A program made the position numbers and the translations under genes. 64,000 bases of DNA from Bacteroidaceae bacterium (GTDB taxonomy: Bacteria > Bacteroidota > Bacteroidia > Bacteroidales > Barnesiellaceae_A), in contig JAFXIZ010000072.1 in assembly GCA_017532725.1 (NCBI GenBank), positions 9,956 to 73,955 of the forward strand, read 5' to 3'. The notes under the pieces were generated by a model. The model ran no database searches and was not told the origin of the DNA. It saw only the letters and a list, made by a program, of their open reading frames with translations. How positions within the stretch are numbered: position 1 is the first letter of the stretch; each line of letters opens with the position of its first letter. Positions 39,596 to 50,075 of this stretch are shown here, piece by piece.

Positions 39596-41545
39596 ATGCA
39601 GGAGTATCGCATTGAAGATTGGTTGCCTACGTCGCGTAAGGAGATGGAGGCGCGTGGATGGGATGAGGTTGATGTTGTTTTCTTCTCGGGTGACGCGTAT
39701 GTCGATCATCCTTCGTTTGGCGCGGCTGTAATAGGTCGCGTGCTGGAGGCTGAGGGCTATCGTGTGGCTATTGTTCCTCAACCCAATTGGCGTGATGACC
39801 TGCGCGACTTTCGCAAGTTGGGTCGTCCTCGATTGTTCTTTGCCGTATCGGCCGGTGCGATGGACTCGATGGTGAATCATTACACAGCCAACAAGCGTCT
39901 GCGCAGCGATGATGCTTACACGCCCGATGGTCGCTATGGTATGCGACCCGATTATCCTACGATTGTTTACAGCAAGATTCTGAAGGAGTTGTTTGGCGAT
40001 GTGCCGGTTGTTGTGGGTGGTATCGAGGCTTCTCTGCGACGTGTCACTCATTATGATTATTGGCAGGATAGGTTGTGCCCTTCGATTCTTACGGAGTGTG
40101 GAGCCGACTTGCTGGTGTATGGTATGGGCGAACGTCCTATACGCGAGATTGCTCGCCGTCTTGCCGAGGGCGAATCGGTTGCCTCGTTGCACGACATTCC
40201 TCAAACGGTTGTTTTGGAGCCTGCCGATGCTATTCCTACCGAAGGCGACACAGATGTTGTGCTGGCTGCTCACGAGGAGTGCTTGCGCGATAAGCGTGTA
40301 CAGGCTGCCAACTTCAGGATAGTTGAGGAGGAGTCGAATGCCTTGCGCGCCCGACATTTGTGGCAACGTTGTGGCAATGTGGCGGTACATATCAATCCTC
40401 CATACCCTCCTATGACTACGGAGGAGGTGGATGCTACGTTTGACTTGCCGTTTACTCGACTGCCTCACCCTCGATATAAGGGTAAGACTATCCCTGCTTA
40501 CGAAATGATACGCCACTCGGTGTGCTTGCACCGTGGGTGCTTTGGTGGTTGTGCTTTCTGCACCATATCGGCACACCAAGGCAAGTTTATATCTTCGCGT
40601 TCTACTCAATCTATTATGCGTGAGGTAAAGGCTGTTACCGAGATGCCCGACTTCAAGGGGTATATCAGCGACCTTGGCGGCCCATCGGCCAATATGTATA
40701 TGATGCGTGGCGAGAATGGCGAGGCGTGCAAGCGATGCCGTAGAGCGTCGTGCTTGTTTCCGGCTGTCTGCCCCAATCTTGTTACCGACCACCGTCCGTT
40801 GCTCGACCTCTATAGGCAGGTCGATGCATTGCCCGCTGTGAAGAAATCGAATGTGGGCAGTGGTGTGCGCTATGACCTTGTGTTGCATCGACATCGCAAT
40901 ACCGATATTGCCGACAGTGGCCGACTCTATGCCGAGGAACTGATAGCGCACCACGTTTCGGGCCGATTGAAGGTTGCTCCCGAACATACTTCCGACACAG
41001 TGTTGCGTTATATGCGCAAGCCTTCGTTTGCATTGTTTCACAGTTTCAAGTCGCTGTTCGACAAGGTTAACAAGCGCGAGGGACTGCGTCAGCAACTTAT
41101 CCCTTACTTCATATCGAGCCACCCGGGTTGCAGCGAGGAGGCTATGGCCGAGTTGGCTGTTACGACCAAGTATCTGAACTTCCACCTTGAGCAAGTACAG
41201 GACTTTACGCCTACTCCTATGACACTCGCCACCGAGATGTACTATACGGGCATCGACCCTTATACGGGCGAGAAGGTTTTTACGGCGCGCAGTGCCGAGC
41301 AGAAATTGGGTCAACGCAAATACTTCTTCTGGTATAAGCGTGAGAATGAGGAGGATATAAGAAACTCGCTCAATCGTATGCATCGTGCTGACTTGATACG
41401 ACAACTCTACGGCGACCGACCGTTTAAGCCCATTCAAAACTTTACTCCACAGCAAGAACCCAACAGGCGAGCCGGATATAAGTCAACCAAAACTCAAGGC
41501 GAAGCGTTCAAGAAAAAGGGAACTCCCCGAAAGAAGAATAAATAG
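39596..41545 (+). CDS. ygiQ: YgiQ family radical SAM protein
   Basis: MQEYRIEDWLPTSRKEMEARGWDEVDVVFFSGDAYVDHPSFG is the YgiQ N-terminal domain, with the cluster motif CFGGCAFC. Start set at the ATG at 39596, because the promoter lies inside the longer ORF. Confidence 0.9.
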   Translation: MQEYRIEDWLPTSRKEMEARGWDEVDVVFFSGDAYVDHPSFGAAVIGRVLEAEGYRVAIVPQPNWRDDLRDFRKLGRPRLFFAVSAGAMDSMVNHYTANKRLRSDDAYTPDGRYGMRPDYPTIVYSKILKELFGDVPVVVGGIEASLRRVTHYDYWQDRLCPSILTECGADLLVYGMGERPIREIARRLAEGESVASLHDIPQTVVLEPADAIPTEGDTDVVLAAHEECLRDKRVQAANFRIVEEESNALRARHLWQRCGNVAVHINPPYPPMTTEEVDATFDLPFTRLPHPRYKGKTIPAYEMIRHSVCLHRGCFGGCAFCTISAHQGKFISSRSTQSIMREVKAVTEMPDFKGYISDLGGPSANMYMMRGENGEACKRCRRASCLFPAVCPNLVTDHRPLLDLYRQVDALPAVKKSNVGSGVRYDLVLHRHRNTDIADSGRLYAEELIAHHVSGRLKVAPEHTSDTVLRYMRKPSFALFHSFKSLFDKVNKREGLRQQLIPYFISSHPGCSEEAMAELAVTTKYLNFHLEQVQDFTPTPMTLATEMYYTGIDPYTGEKVFTARSAEQKLGQRKYFFWYKRENEEDIRNSLNRMHRADLIRQLYGDRPFKPIQNFTPQQEPNRRAGYKSTKTQGEAFKKKGTPRKKNK

Positions 41546-41547
41546 TT

Positions 41548-41583
41548 TTATTTTGTTCTCCTGCCTTCTTGCATTATCTTTTG
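41548..41583 (+). repeat. degenerate copy B of the promoter cassette
   Basis: ttattttgttctcc...tatcttttg. The -7 box carries an extra T. It starts directly after the ygiQ stop codon. Confidence 0.5.
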
Positions 41584-41595
41584 ATAAGATATGCT

Positions 41596-41659
41596 GCGCT
41601 CGGGATAAAAAATAAATAAATTTATTTTGTTCTCCACTCGATTTGCATTATCTTTGCTC
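41596..41659 (+). promoter_or_regulatory. promoter cassette C upstream of relA/spoT
   Basis: gcgctcgggat-AAAATAAAtaaaTTTATTTT-gttctcc...TATCTTTGctc. -33 at 41626-41629 and -7 at 41649-41656, about 30 nt before the ATG. Confidence 0.6.
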
Positions 41660-41685
41660 TTCAAACTATATAGTTATAGTTTCAA

Positions 41686-43932
41686 ATGGAAGAACTGAAC
41701 AGTCATAAAATAGACGATGAAAGGTGTGTCGATGAGGCTTTTCAAGATTTATTGGAAGGTTATCTACGATCAAATCATCGCAAAAAGATAGATATCATAA
41801 AACGAGCCTTCAACTTTGCGCGCGAGGCTCATAAGGGTGTGCGCCGTCGCTCGGGCGAGCCTTACATTATGCACCCCATTGCAGTAGCACGCATCGTGAG
41901 CCAAGAGATAGGATTGGGCTCTACATCGATATGCGCGGCATTGCTTCACGATGTGGTGGAAGATACCGACTATACTGTAGAGGATATTGAAAACCTCTTT
42001 GGCGCAAAGATAGCATCAATCGTTGAGGGTTTAACCAAGATATCGGGTGGTATAGTTGCCGACCATATTTCGCTACAGACGGAGAATTTCCGTAAGTTGC
42101 TGCTTACGATGTCCGAAGATATTCGCGTGATAATCATTAAGATTGCCGACCGTCTGCACAATATGCGCACGTTGGACTCTATGTCAACTGCCAAGCAGTA
42201 TAAGATAGCCGGCGAAACGATATACATATACGCTCCGTTGGCTCACCGACTTGGATTGTATGCCATCAAGTCGGAATTGGAGGACTTGAGTTTCAAGTTT
42301 GAGCATCCCGAATCATACGAAAAGATTAAACGCCAAATAGCCGACAGCGAGAGCAATAGGCACGAAATGTATGCCCACTTTGCCGGCCCCATTGAGAAAC
42401 GATTGAAAGAGCGTGGCTTTGTCTATACGATGAAGGCGCGCGTCAAGTCGGTATATTCGATATGGAAGAAGATGCAAGCCAAGCACATCAACTTTGAAGA
42501 GGTGTACGACTTGTTTGCCGTACGCATTGTCTTTGAGTGTCCCGAGGGTAACGATGAGGCCGATATGTGCTGGGCTATATACAACATCATAACGCAGATA
42601 TATCATCCACACCCCGAGCGTACTCGCAACTGGCTGGCTACCCCCAAGCCCAACGGATATAAAGCGTTGCACGTTACGGTAATGGGTCCCGACGGCAATT
42701 GGATAGAGGTGCAGATACGCTCGCAGAGGATGGATGAAATAGCCGAGCGAGGTCTTGCAGCGCACTGGAAGTACAAGACGGGCGACCACTCGGAGGATAG
42801 CGAACTGAATGTATGGATAGAGAACATCAAGAATGCGCTCGACAACCCATCGCCCGATGCGATGGATATGCTGTCGAACATTAAGATGAATCTATACAGC
42901 AACGAGATATTTGTCTTTACCCCCAAGGGCGACTTGATAACCCTGCCCAAAGATGCCACCGTACTCGACCTCGCATTTACACTGCACAGCGACTTGGGAT
43001 TTCACTGTATCGCAGCCAAGGTAAATCATAAGTTGGTGCCAATGACTCAAAAGTTGCGCAGTGGTGACCAAGTGGAGATATTGACATCGAAATCGCAATC
43101 GCCCAAAGCCGATTGGATAGAACACGTTACAACAGCCGTTGCCAAGTCGCGATTGGCTGCCTCCTTGCGCAAGGATCGCCGACAAATCATTGCCATTGGC
43201 GAGAAGATGTTTAACGACTTCTTGACCGAGTGTGGTATGAAACCCGGCAACGAAATTATAAACCGTGCATTGGGTCGATTGGGCTTCAAGACTCCCGATG
43301 CTATGTTCTATAAAATAGGCAGTGGTGGTATTACCATCGATGACAACTTGCGTAAGCAGTTGCAGTACAAGAACAGTGGCAACAAACTGATGCAATACCT
43401 CACGCTGGGATTGGCGCGCCCCAAGGAGGATAGCCTGCCCGAACTGACCGACGACCCCAAAGAGAGCATCGACCGTAAGCAGACCTACATTCTGCGCAAT
43501 GAAAACGGAGTACCCAACTACCATATAGCCGAGTGTTGCCACCCCATACCGGGCGATGAGGTGTTGGGCATAGTGGAGCCGGGCGAACAGAGTGTAATTG
43601 TACACAAGCAGGAGTGCCCCGAAGCGATGAAGATAAAATCGAGTTACGGCTCACGCATCGTTTCCACAATGTGGCAAGCCGACAACGAGCAGTCGTTCCC
43701 CGTTATGATAGAGATACGAGGTATCGATCGCAAAGGTATGCTCAACGATATAACCAACGTTGTTACAAACGGCCATAACGTCAATATGCGTTCACTCAAT
43801 ATCAATGCCGAGCAAGGGGTGTTCATAGGTAAGTTGAGCATCAATGTTCACAACACATCGGATGTAACCAAACTATGCACCGACTTGCGCAAGATAAAGG
43901 GTATGAAAAACGCCGTAAGAATAAATGAATAA
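41686..43932 (+). CDS. bifunctional (p)ppGpp synthetase/hydrolase, RelA/SpoT homolog
   Basis: HD hydrolase (HDVVEDT), RelA_SpoT synthetase block, and TGS and ACT domains in order. Confidence 0.9.
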   Translation: MEELNSHKIDDERCVDEAFQDLLEGYLRSNHRKKIDIIKRAFNFAREAHKGVRRRSGEPYIMHPIAVARIVSQEIGLGSTSICAALLHDVVEDTDYTVEDIENLFGAKIASIVEGLTKISGGIVADHISLQTENFRKLLLTMSEDIRVIIIKIADRLHNMRTLDSMSTAKQYKIAGETIYIYAPLAHRLGLYAIKSELEDLSFKFEHPESYEKIKRQIADSESNRHEMYAHFAGPIEKRLKERGFVYTMKARVKSVYSIWKKMQAKHINFEEVYDLFAVRIVFECPEGNDEADMCWAIYNIITQIYHPHPERTRNWLATPKPNGYKALHVTVMGPDGNWIEVQIRSQRMDEIAERGLAAHWKYKTGDHSEDSELNVWIENIKNALDNPSPDAMDMLSNIKMNLYSNEIFVFTPKGDLITLPKDATVLDLAFTLHSDLGFHCIAAKVNHKLVPMTQKLRSGDQVEILTSKSQSPKADWIEHVTTAVAKSRLAASLRKDRRQIIAIGEKMFNDFLTECGMKPGNEIINRALGRLGFKTPDAMFYKIGSGGITIDDNLRKQLQYKNSGNKLMQYLTLGLARPKEDSLPELTDDPKESIDRKQTYILRNENGVPNYHIAECCHPIPGDEVLGIVEPGEQSVIVHKQECPEAMKIKSSYGSRIVSTMWQADNEQSFPVMIEIRGIDRKGMLNDITNVVTNGHNVNMRSLNINAEQGVFIGKLSINVHNTSDVTKLCTDLRKIKGMKNAVRINE

Positions 43933-43952
43933 GCACCTTAATACCAACAATT

Positions 43953-46013
43953 ATGAATAAGCCCAAAGAGAACAGCAACAAAATAAGTTTGTGGTTTGTG
44001 CGCATCACACTGCTTATCCTTGCAGTGACCATCCTTACTTATTTCTTCCCCCGCCAAGGCAAGACCCACTATGTTTTTCAAGAAGGTCGTCCGTGGAACT
44101 ATGGCTTATTGACAGCACCATTTGACATCCCTATATACAAGGACGATGCTCAAATACAGGCCGAGCGCGATAGCATTATGCGCGATTTTCGCCCCATTTT
44201 CAAGATCGACCGTAAGGTGTCGTCGCAGATGGTGAGCGATTTCGACCAAGCGTTACGCGAGCATCAACAACCCACTATCGAGGCTGCTCATCGCAACGCC
44301 TACGTCAAGGCCTTGCAAGATATATATAATGGTGGTATTATCGCTGCCGAAAGTTTCAATGCACTGAACAACAAAGAGATAGCGGGGATACGCGTATTGG
44401 AGAACAACGTAGCCAAGAACAAGGCAACCGAAGAGTTGTACTCGCCCAAGACGGCATACGAAAAGATGCAGACAACGTTTACCGATACCTACTCGCGCCA
44501 TATATTGCAGAGTTGCAACCTCAACAAGTATCTGGTAGCCAATATACTGTATGACAGTGTAACCACCAACAAAATACGCGATGAGTACCTGCAAAACATA
44601 GCACTCTCGGAGGGCTTGGTTCAGGCCGGCGAGCGCATCATTGACCGAGGCGAGATAGTAACCCCCGAAACATATCGCATCCTGTTGTCGTACGAAATAA
44701 TGCTTGCCAAGCATCAAGGTACCGATACCCAACACGAGCATTTTATGCTGTTAGGTCGCATTGTGGTGTTTGGTTGCATCATCGTGTTTATGTATGTGTT
44801 TATGGCATTTTTCCGTCCACGGTATTGGAACGACAACCGAGCGATGGCACTCTTTATGCTGCTTATAACACTCATTTCTACAGCAGCCTTTGTTGCATCG
44901 ACACACGGATTTCACGCCATATTTCTTGTGCCTGTAACCATTGCTGCTATCATAGTAGTAACATTCTTCGACTCACGCACGGCTATGTATGTGCATCTTA
45001 TCACAACTGTTATCTGCTCGTTTGCAGCCCCTGCGCCTATGCAATACTTCTTCTTGCAGTTGGTAGCCGGTATGGCAGTAATCGACAGCCTCAACAACTT
45101 ATCGAAGCGTTCACAACTATTCCGATGCTCGGTAATAGTATTTGTGGTGTATGCCATAACATACGCCGGATATATACTCTTTACCGAGGGCAATATTGCC
45201 GATGTATCAACAACAATGCTCATATATATAGGTATCAATAGTGCGCTATTGTTGTTCTCGTATTTGTTGATATACATCTTCGAGCGAATGTTTGGTTTCC
45301 TCTCATCGGTAACCCTTGTGGAACTGTCGGATATCAACTCGCCCTTGTTGCAACGTCTGTCGGAGGAGGCTCCCGGCACATTCCAACACGCTATGCAGGT
45401 GTCGAACCTTGCCGCAGCAGCAGCGCATCGAGTAGGTGCCAACGCCCAATTGGTGCGAACAGGTGCGTTGTATCACGATATAGGCAAACTTTCCAACCCA
45501 TCGTTCTTTACCGAGAACCAATCGGGAGCAGATAGTCCTCACAAGAACTTGGCACTCGAAGAAAGTGCACGCATCATTATATCGCACGTCGATGAAGGCT
45601 TAAGAATGGCCGAGAAGACCGGATTGCCACGTCAAGTGCAAGAGTTTATCGCCACGCACCACGGACACGGCAAGGCCAAATACTTCTACAACACCTATTG
45701 CAATCAGCATCCCGGCGAGCCTGTCGATGAGTCGTTGTTTACATATCCCGGACACAACCCCCAAAGCAAGGAAACCGGTATTATGATGATGGCCGATAGC
45801 GTAGAGGCTGCCTCGCGCAGCCTTAAAGAGTATAACGAGCGCACAATATCGGAACTTGTCAACCGTATTATCGATGCGCAAATTTCGGAAGGTCTGCTCA
45901 AGGAAACACCATTGAGTTTCAGAGATGTAGAAACTATCAAAGAGACATTTATCGAGAAGTTGATGACTATCAACCACACTCGCATCGCTTACCCCACTCT
46001 CAATAATAAGTAA
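43953..46013 (+). CDS. 7TM-receptor HDIG phosphohydrolase (PgpH/YqfF-like)
   Basis: Extracellular N-domain, 7 TM segments and a C-terminal HD domain (FQHAMQVSN...YHDIGK). Confidence 0.85.
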   Translation: MNKPKENSNKISLWFVRITLLILAVTILTYFFPRQGKTHYVFQEGRPWNYGLLTAPFDIPIYKDDAQIQAERDSIMRDFRPIFKIDRKVSSQMVSDFDQALREHQQPTIEAAHRNAYVKALQDIYNGGIIAAESFNALNNKEIAGIRVLENNVAKNKATEELYSPKTAYEKMQTTFTDTYSRHILQSCNLNKYLVANILYDSVTTNKIRDEYLQNIALSEGLVQAGERIIDRGEIVTPETYRILLSYEIMLAKHQGTDTQHEHFMLLGRIVVFGCIIVFMYVFMAFFRPRYWNDNRAMALFMLLITLISTAAFVASTHGFHAIFLVPVTIAAIIVVTFFDSRTAMYVHLITTVICSFAAPAPMQYFFLQLVAGMAVIDSLNNLSKRSQLFRCSVIVFVVYAITYAGYILFTEGNIADVSTTMLIYIGINSALLLFSYLLIYIFERMFGFLSSVTLVELSDINSPLLQRLSEEAPGTFQHAMQVSNLAAAAAHRVGANAQLVRTGALYHDIGKLSNPSFFTENQSGADSPHKNLALEESARIIISHVDEGLRMAEKTGLPRQVQEFIATHHGHGKAKYFYNTYCNQHPGEPVDESLFTYPGHNPQSKETGIMMMADSVEAASRSLKEYNERTISELVNRIIDAQISEGLLKETPLSFRDVETIKETFIEKLMTINHTRIAYPTLNNK

Positions 46014-46037
46014 GAGTGGCAGGGTGTGAATATAAGC

Positions 46038-46067
46038 AACGAGGCTGTGTCGTGACACAGCCTCGTT
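46038..46067. terminator. perfect 14-bp stem bidirectional terminator
   Basis: aacgaggctgtgtc-gt-gacacagcctcgtt, between convergent genes. Confidence 0.7.
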
Positions 46068-46094
46068 CTATTATTATGCGACTACCAAAAGAGG

Positions 46095-49000
46095 TTACGA
46101 GCCACTTACCTGACGCTTGCAGATGGTCTTGAAGTTGCAATGTTCACAGTGTTTAATGTTATCGGTCTGCACAAAAGGTATCGATTCATCAAAGAGTTCC
46201 TCAAGACATTTGTTGAGCATCTCCTCGTACTCCTCTTTCACATCATCATAATTATTCACCCCCGTTTTTTCTATCGACAACGTAGGTGCTAAATCGGAGA
46301 AGGCTGTACGCAACTTGTAGATAAGAGGTTGCAAAGGAGTATTGTCACTGCCATTGGCAGGATATTTGATGCGATACAACTTACAATACATGAGTACTTG
46401 AAATATTGCGCCCAACTTGCTGCTTTGAGGTGAATTGAAAATATTTTCGAGATTCGAACATTTAACCTCATCTTTACCTGTTTTGTAGTCGATTATTCGT
46501 ATCCGTTCCTCCTTATTCTTATCGGGTGTAGTAATCATTGCTCTATCTACACGGTCGATAAGTGCCTTGAAGCGCACCTCTTTGCCGTTCTTGAGAGGTA
46601 GGAATAGGTCACCGTCAAGACGCATCTCGGAATGCTCATATACAAACGGTGCAAACATATCGCGATCGTACTCAAGTGTACGCACAACGTATAGATAAAT
46701 GGTGTGTGCAACAATCTGATTCTTACCCGTAGGCTTGATGAATCTTTCTTTATTCTTGCGACGGAGGAATATGATGTTGAAGTGCTCATCGATTTTGCCT
46801 TCGATGTAGCCTTCGCGATTTAACACCTCATCAATTATTTCGCGAGTGACAGTAACACTCTCCTTACCGGCTTTCATTTCATCGTAAATGTCGGCCATCA
46901 CATTGTGGTATATACTACCAAATGCACTGCTATCGACCGACTCACTTATCTCGTCGTCAGTCTGCATCTTCTCGACGTGTTGCAGGTAGAACTGCAACGG
47001 ACAGTTGATATAAGTCTTTACGCTGCTGGCCGATAGGGGGCGTGGCGAATTGGAGTCCTTGAGGAATTGTCGCAAGCGTTGGGCTACACCTCCTTCCTTG
47101 GGAATAGAGATGGGTGTTACAGTATCAATAGATACATCGTGAGCAACGGCATACTCTTCAATTTTGTACTGTGGTAACAGGTGGGCGTAATGGTGCTTAA
47201 GTTGATATACAAAGCGACTCATTTCGCCACGTTTCAACCCTGTGGTACGACTATCGTACAACATATACACTCGCTTGGCTCGCGCTATAAGTCGATAGAA
47301 ATAGTAGGCATAGATGCTATCTTGATGCTCGGTTGTAGCCATTTTAAATCCCTTACGCAAGTTGTAGGGGATAAAGCCTGCCGAAATGCTTTTGGTGGGG
47401 AATGTACCTTCGTTCATCGACAAGATAATAATATTATCGAAGTCGAGTGCGCGTGTTTCCAATACACCCATTACTTGCAATCCCGACAAAGGCTCGCCTA
47501 CGAAGGGGATAGAGAGCGACAGTTTGCCCAACAGCGTAAAGTAGGTATTGGTATTCATCGATACCCCCTCGTGCGAGGCAATAACATCGTTGAGCCTCGA
47601 TACCATATTGCTGTAGTGGTAGGCATATTCGTGTTCGAGGTTGCGTATATTCATAGGCGTTTCATCCTGTTGCTCGGCACTTGCATCGTAAGTGGCATCG
47701 ACAAGATATTGCAATATATCCTCCATATAATTACCGGCTTCGGCATCGTGAGCAATGGGGGCAAATACAAGTTGCAAGAAGGGGTGTCGATGGGCTGTAA
47801 GGAAGTCGGATGAAACATACGCCATATTATTACTGTTCATAGACGCTATAATGGCTTCGATGTTGCGCATATCTACCAACGTGCGTACAATGCGATGATT
47901 GAGGATAGCCTCTACTTCGGTATGATAGTACATTGCCCGGCCTTCCGACCAACGGCAGTGTCGTTGCAACTTAAATACCGTATCGAAAAACGAGGCTACC
48001 GACGTATTGCGCAGCGAGTAACCCATCGTAATGTTTATATCCTTGATATCCTCGGGGATGGAGTATATCATAGGCATAAGCAACTCCTCATCGGGCAATA
48101 CGATGGCTGTATTGATGGCATTCTCGGTATTGATAGTGCCTTCATTGACAAGTGTTTGCAATATTTCGCCGGCTTGTTTCACCTGTCCTATACCCGATGA
48201 TACCGACAAGACCGTCATCCGAGGAGCCGACGTGATAACCTGCTCACCGACGAGGGTATGTTTTGAGGGAAACTGATCTCGGTTTTGTTTAATAAAGTAA
48301 TTGGCTCTGTTCAGGTCGTCATACTGCATTGTGGGTGCATAATAGTCCCAATAGAAATCGCCTTGCCCCGATTTACGGAAGTACTGCATAAGGATGCGCT
48401 CAGCCTCGGTGATAGCATTGAAGCCCACGAATACTATTTTTTCGCAATGTGAAGTGCAGTGCAACGATGCCAAGGGGGGCAATTCATCGCGTTGCGCCAG
48501 CGTTGCCACCTTACGGAATATCATACCCTCATATCCCACACCCTCATTGCTGAGTCGCTGCTGTATGTTGGTATATAGGGTGTACATAATACTCCATAGA
48601 GAGTTGAATTCCACTTTCTTTTCGCTGTCGGCATCGGGCAGGAAAAAGGAAGTCCAGAATTGTCGAATAACCTCAATCTGCTCGGGCTCAAGATATAGTT
48701 GTTCGAGGTCTTTAAGGTCCTTGATGTTGGCAAAGAGTTGGCGTGCATCCACCATATACTTATCCACATCGTCAAAGTCGGCAATAAGCATCTCGCTCCA
48801 CGAAACGAAGTGGTCGAACGACTCATTGGTTTGTCGCAGTTTGATGTACTCCTCATATAAGGTAAATATCAAATCGATACGGTCGATTGGCTGCATACGA
48901 GCCAACTCGGTCATCAGCGAATTTATGGTGATAATGCGTGGAGAGAATTGTGGCTTATTACCGGCAAGTTGGGTAAGATAATTCTGAAAAAACTTACCAC

Positions 49001-49136
49001 TGCGTCGGTTGGGAAAAACGAACGCTATATGTTGCAGATTATCGCCCTCATTGCGATAAAATGTTTCGGCTACTTGATGAAGAAAAGGTTTCATACGACC
49101 TATTGATTTGATGTGGTAAAATGGTTGTTGCGACAA
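46095..49136 (-). CDS. PD-(D/E)XK nuclease family protein (AddB-like, Fe-S cysteine staple)
   Basis: 1013 aa. C-terminal nuclease block IDRVDR...IIDYKTGK. Cys pattern CPLQFY ... CEHCNFKTIC. Confidence 0.75.
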   Translation of the reverse strand: MSQQPFYHIKSIGRMKPFLHQVAETFYRNEGDNLQHIAFVFPNRRSGKFFQNYLTQLAGNKPQFSPRIITINSLMTELARMQPIDRIDLIFTLYEEYIKLRQTNESFDHFVSWSEMLIADFDDVDKYMVDARQLFANIKDLKDLEQLYLEPEQIEVIRQFWTSFFLPDADSEKKVEFNSLWSIMYTLYTNIQQRLSNEGVGYEGMIFRKVATLAQRDELPPLASLHCTSHCEKIVFVGFNAITEAERILMQYFRKSGQGDFYWDYYAPTMQYDDLNRANYFIKQNRDQFPSKHTLVGEQVITSAPRMTVLSVSSGIGQVKQAGEILQTLVNEGTINTENAINTAIVLPDEELLMPMIYSIPEDIKDINITMGYSLRNTSVASFFDTVFKLQRHCRWSEGRAMYYHTEVEAILNHRIVRTLVDMRNIEAIIASMNSNNMAYVSSDFLTAHRHPFLQLVFAPIAHDAEAGNYMEDILQYLVDATYDASAEQQDETPMNIRNLEHEYAYHYSNMVSRLNDVIASHEGVSMNTNTYFTLLGKLSLSIPFVGEPLSGLQVMGVLETRALDFDNIIILSMNEGTFPTKSISAGFIPYNLRKGFKMATTEHQDSIYAYYFYRLIARAKRVYMLYDSRTTGLKRGEMSRFVYQLKHHYAHLLPQYKIEEYAVAHDVSIDTVTPISIPKEGGVAQRLRQFLKDSNSPRPLSASSVKTYINCPLQFYLQHVEKMQTDDEISESVDSSAFGSIYHNVMADIYDEMKAGKESVTVTREIIDEVLNREGYIEGKIDEHFNIIFLRRKNKERFIKPTGKNQIVAHTIYLYVVRTLEYDRDMFAPFVYEHSEMRLDGDLFLPLKNGKEVRFKALIDRVDRAMITTPDKNKEERIRIIDYKTGKDEVKCSNLENIFNSPQSSKLGAIFQVLMYCKLYRIKYPANGSDNTPLQPLIYKLRTAFSDLAPTLSIEKTGVNNYDDVKEEYEEMLNKCLEELFDESIPFVQTDNIKHCEHCNFKTICKRQVSGS

Positions 49137-49151
49137 GTGCTAATGGGCATA

Positions 49152-50063
49152 CTAAAGAATGAGCCTTAGTATGAGAATTAACTCATTGGCAAACATTGCC
49201 GTTAAAACAAGCAACGTGAATATGAGGAGATTGAAAGAGGTCTTACCCAAAATAGGATTGAGTTCGGCACCTTGCAAACTGATAAGTTTCTTATAGGTGG
49301 ATATGTGTATTGCCAAGTAGATGCACGGCAAAATACACACTAACAACGACTCTCTACACCACAATGGGTAGGTACACAACACTGCAACAAAGCCATTGAG
49401 CAGATACCACGTTGAGGCAAATCGGCGACCAAACAACACAACTGTAGTGCGCTTGTTTGATGCTGCATCTTCCTCCATATCGCGGTAGTTATTGACTAAC
49501 AAAATATTTATAGACAATACCCCATACGCTATTGACGCCAAGAACACAGGCAGTGTGAATGCACCGGCTTGCACATAGTAGGTAAAGTTGACAGCAATGA
49601 GCCCGAAGAAGATAAATACCGTAACATCGCCCAATCCATAACGTGACAAGGGGTAGGGGCCTGCCGAGTAAGCCATTGCAAATAGGGCGATTACAGCCCC
49701 TACGGGAATGAGTTGCCACCCTCCGTAATATACCAAGCCCAACCCCACGCAACAGGCTGCTGCCAACACAGCAAGTGTGGCAATGAGCATTGCTCGGGGC
49801 GAAATGAGTCCCGATACTACAGCACGTTGGGGGCCTACACGTTGGTCGGTATCACCTCCCTTCTTGTAGTCAAAATAGTCGTTACCCATATTCGATGCTA
49901 TCTGCGCCAATATGGCAAAGAGCAGACATAATATGGCTGCCCCCCATACCGGCACACCGTCGTACCAAGCGTAAGCAGTAGCCGCCACCACAGGAGCAGC
50001 CGATGCCGGCAGTGTGCGTGGGCGAGTGGCGTCAATCCACGCTTTTCGGGTTTCTTGTTTCAT
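49152..50063 (-). CDS. menA: 1,4-dihydroxy-2-naphthoate polyprenyltransferase
   Basis: UbiA-fold membrane protein with NDYFDYKKGGD and YRDMEED motifs. Confidence 0.9.
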   Translation of the reverse strand: MKQETRKAWIDATRPRTLPASAAPVVAATAYAWYDGVPVWGAAILCLLFAILAQIASNMGNDYFDYKKGGDTDQRVGPQRAVVSGLISPRAMLIATLAVLAAACCVGLGLVYYGGWQLIPVGAVIALFAMAYSAGPYPLSRYGLGDVTVFIFFGLIAVNFTYYVQAGAFTLPVFLASIAYGVLSINILLVNNYRDMEEDAASNKRTTVVLFGRRFASTWYLLNGFVAVLCTYPLWCRESLLVCILPCIYLAIHISTYKKLISLQGAELNPILGKTSFNLLIFTLLVLTAMFANELILILRLIL

Positions 50064-50075
50064 AATGCAGGGGTA

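Noticed and set aside
39388-39612. The 74-aa minus-strand ORF upstream of ygiQ.
   Set aside because: It spans the ygiQ promoter cassette and start codon, is AT-rich and low-complexity, and has no promoter of its own.
46095-49136. The AddB-like nuclease without an adjacent AddA helicase, flagged as an anomaly.
   Set aside because: The partner may simply be encoded elsewhere. Nothing in the sequence itself is unusual, and the Fe-S cysteines and nuclease motif are intact.
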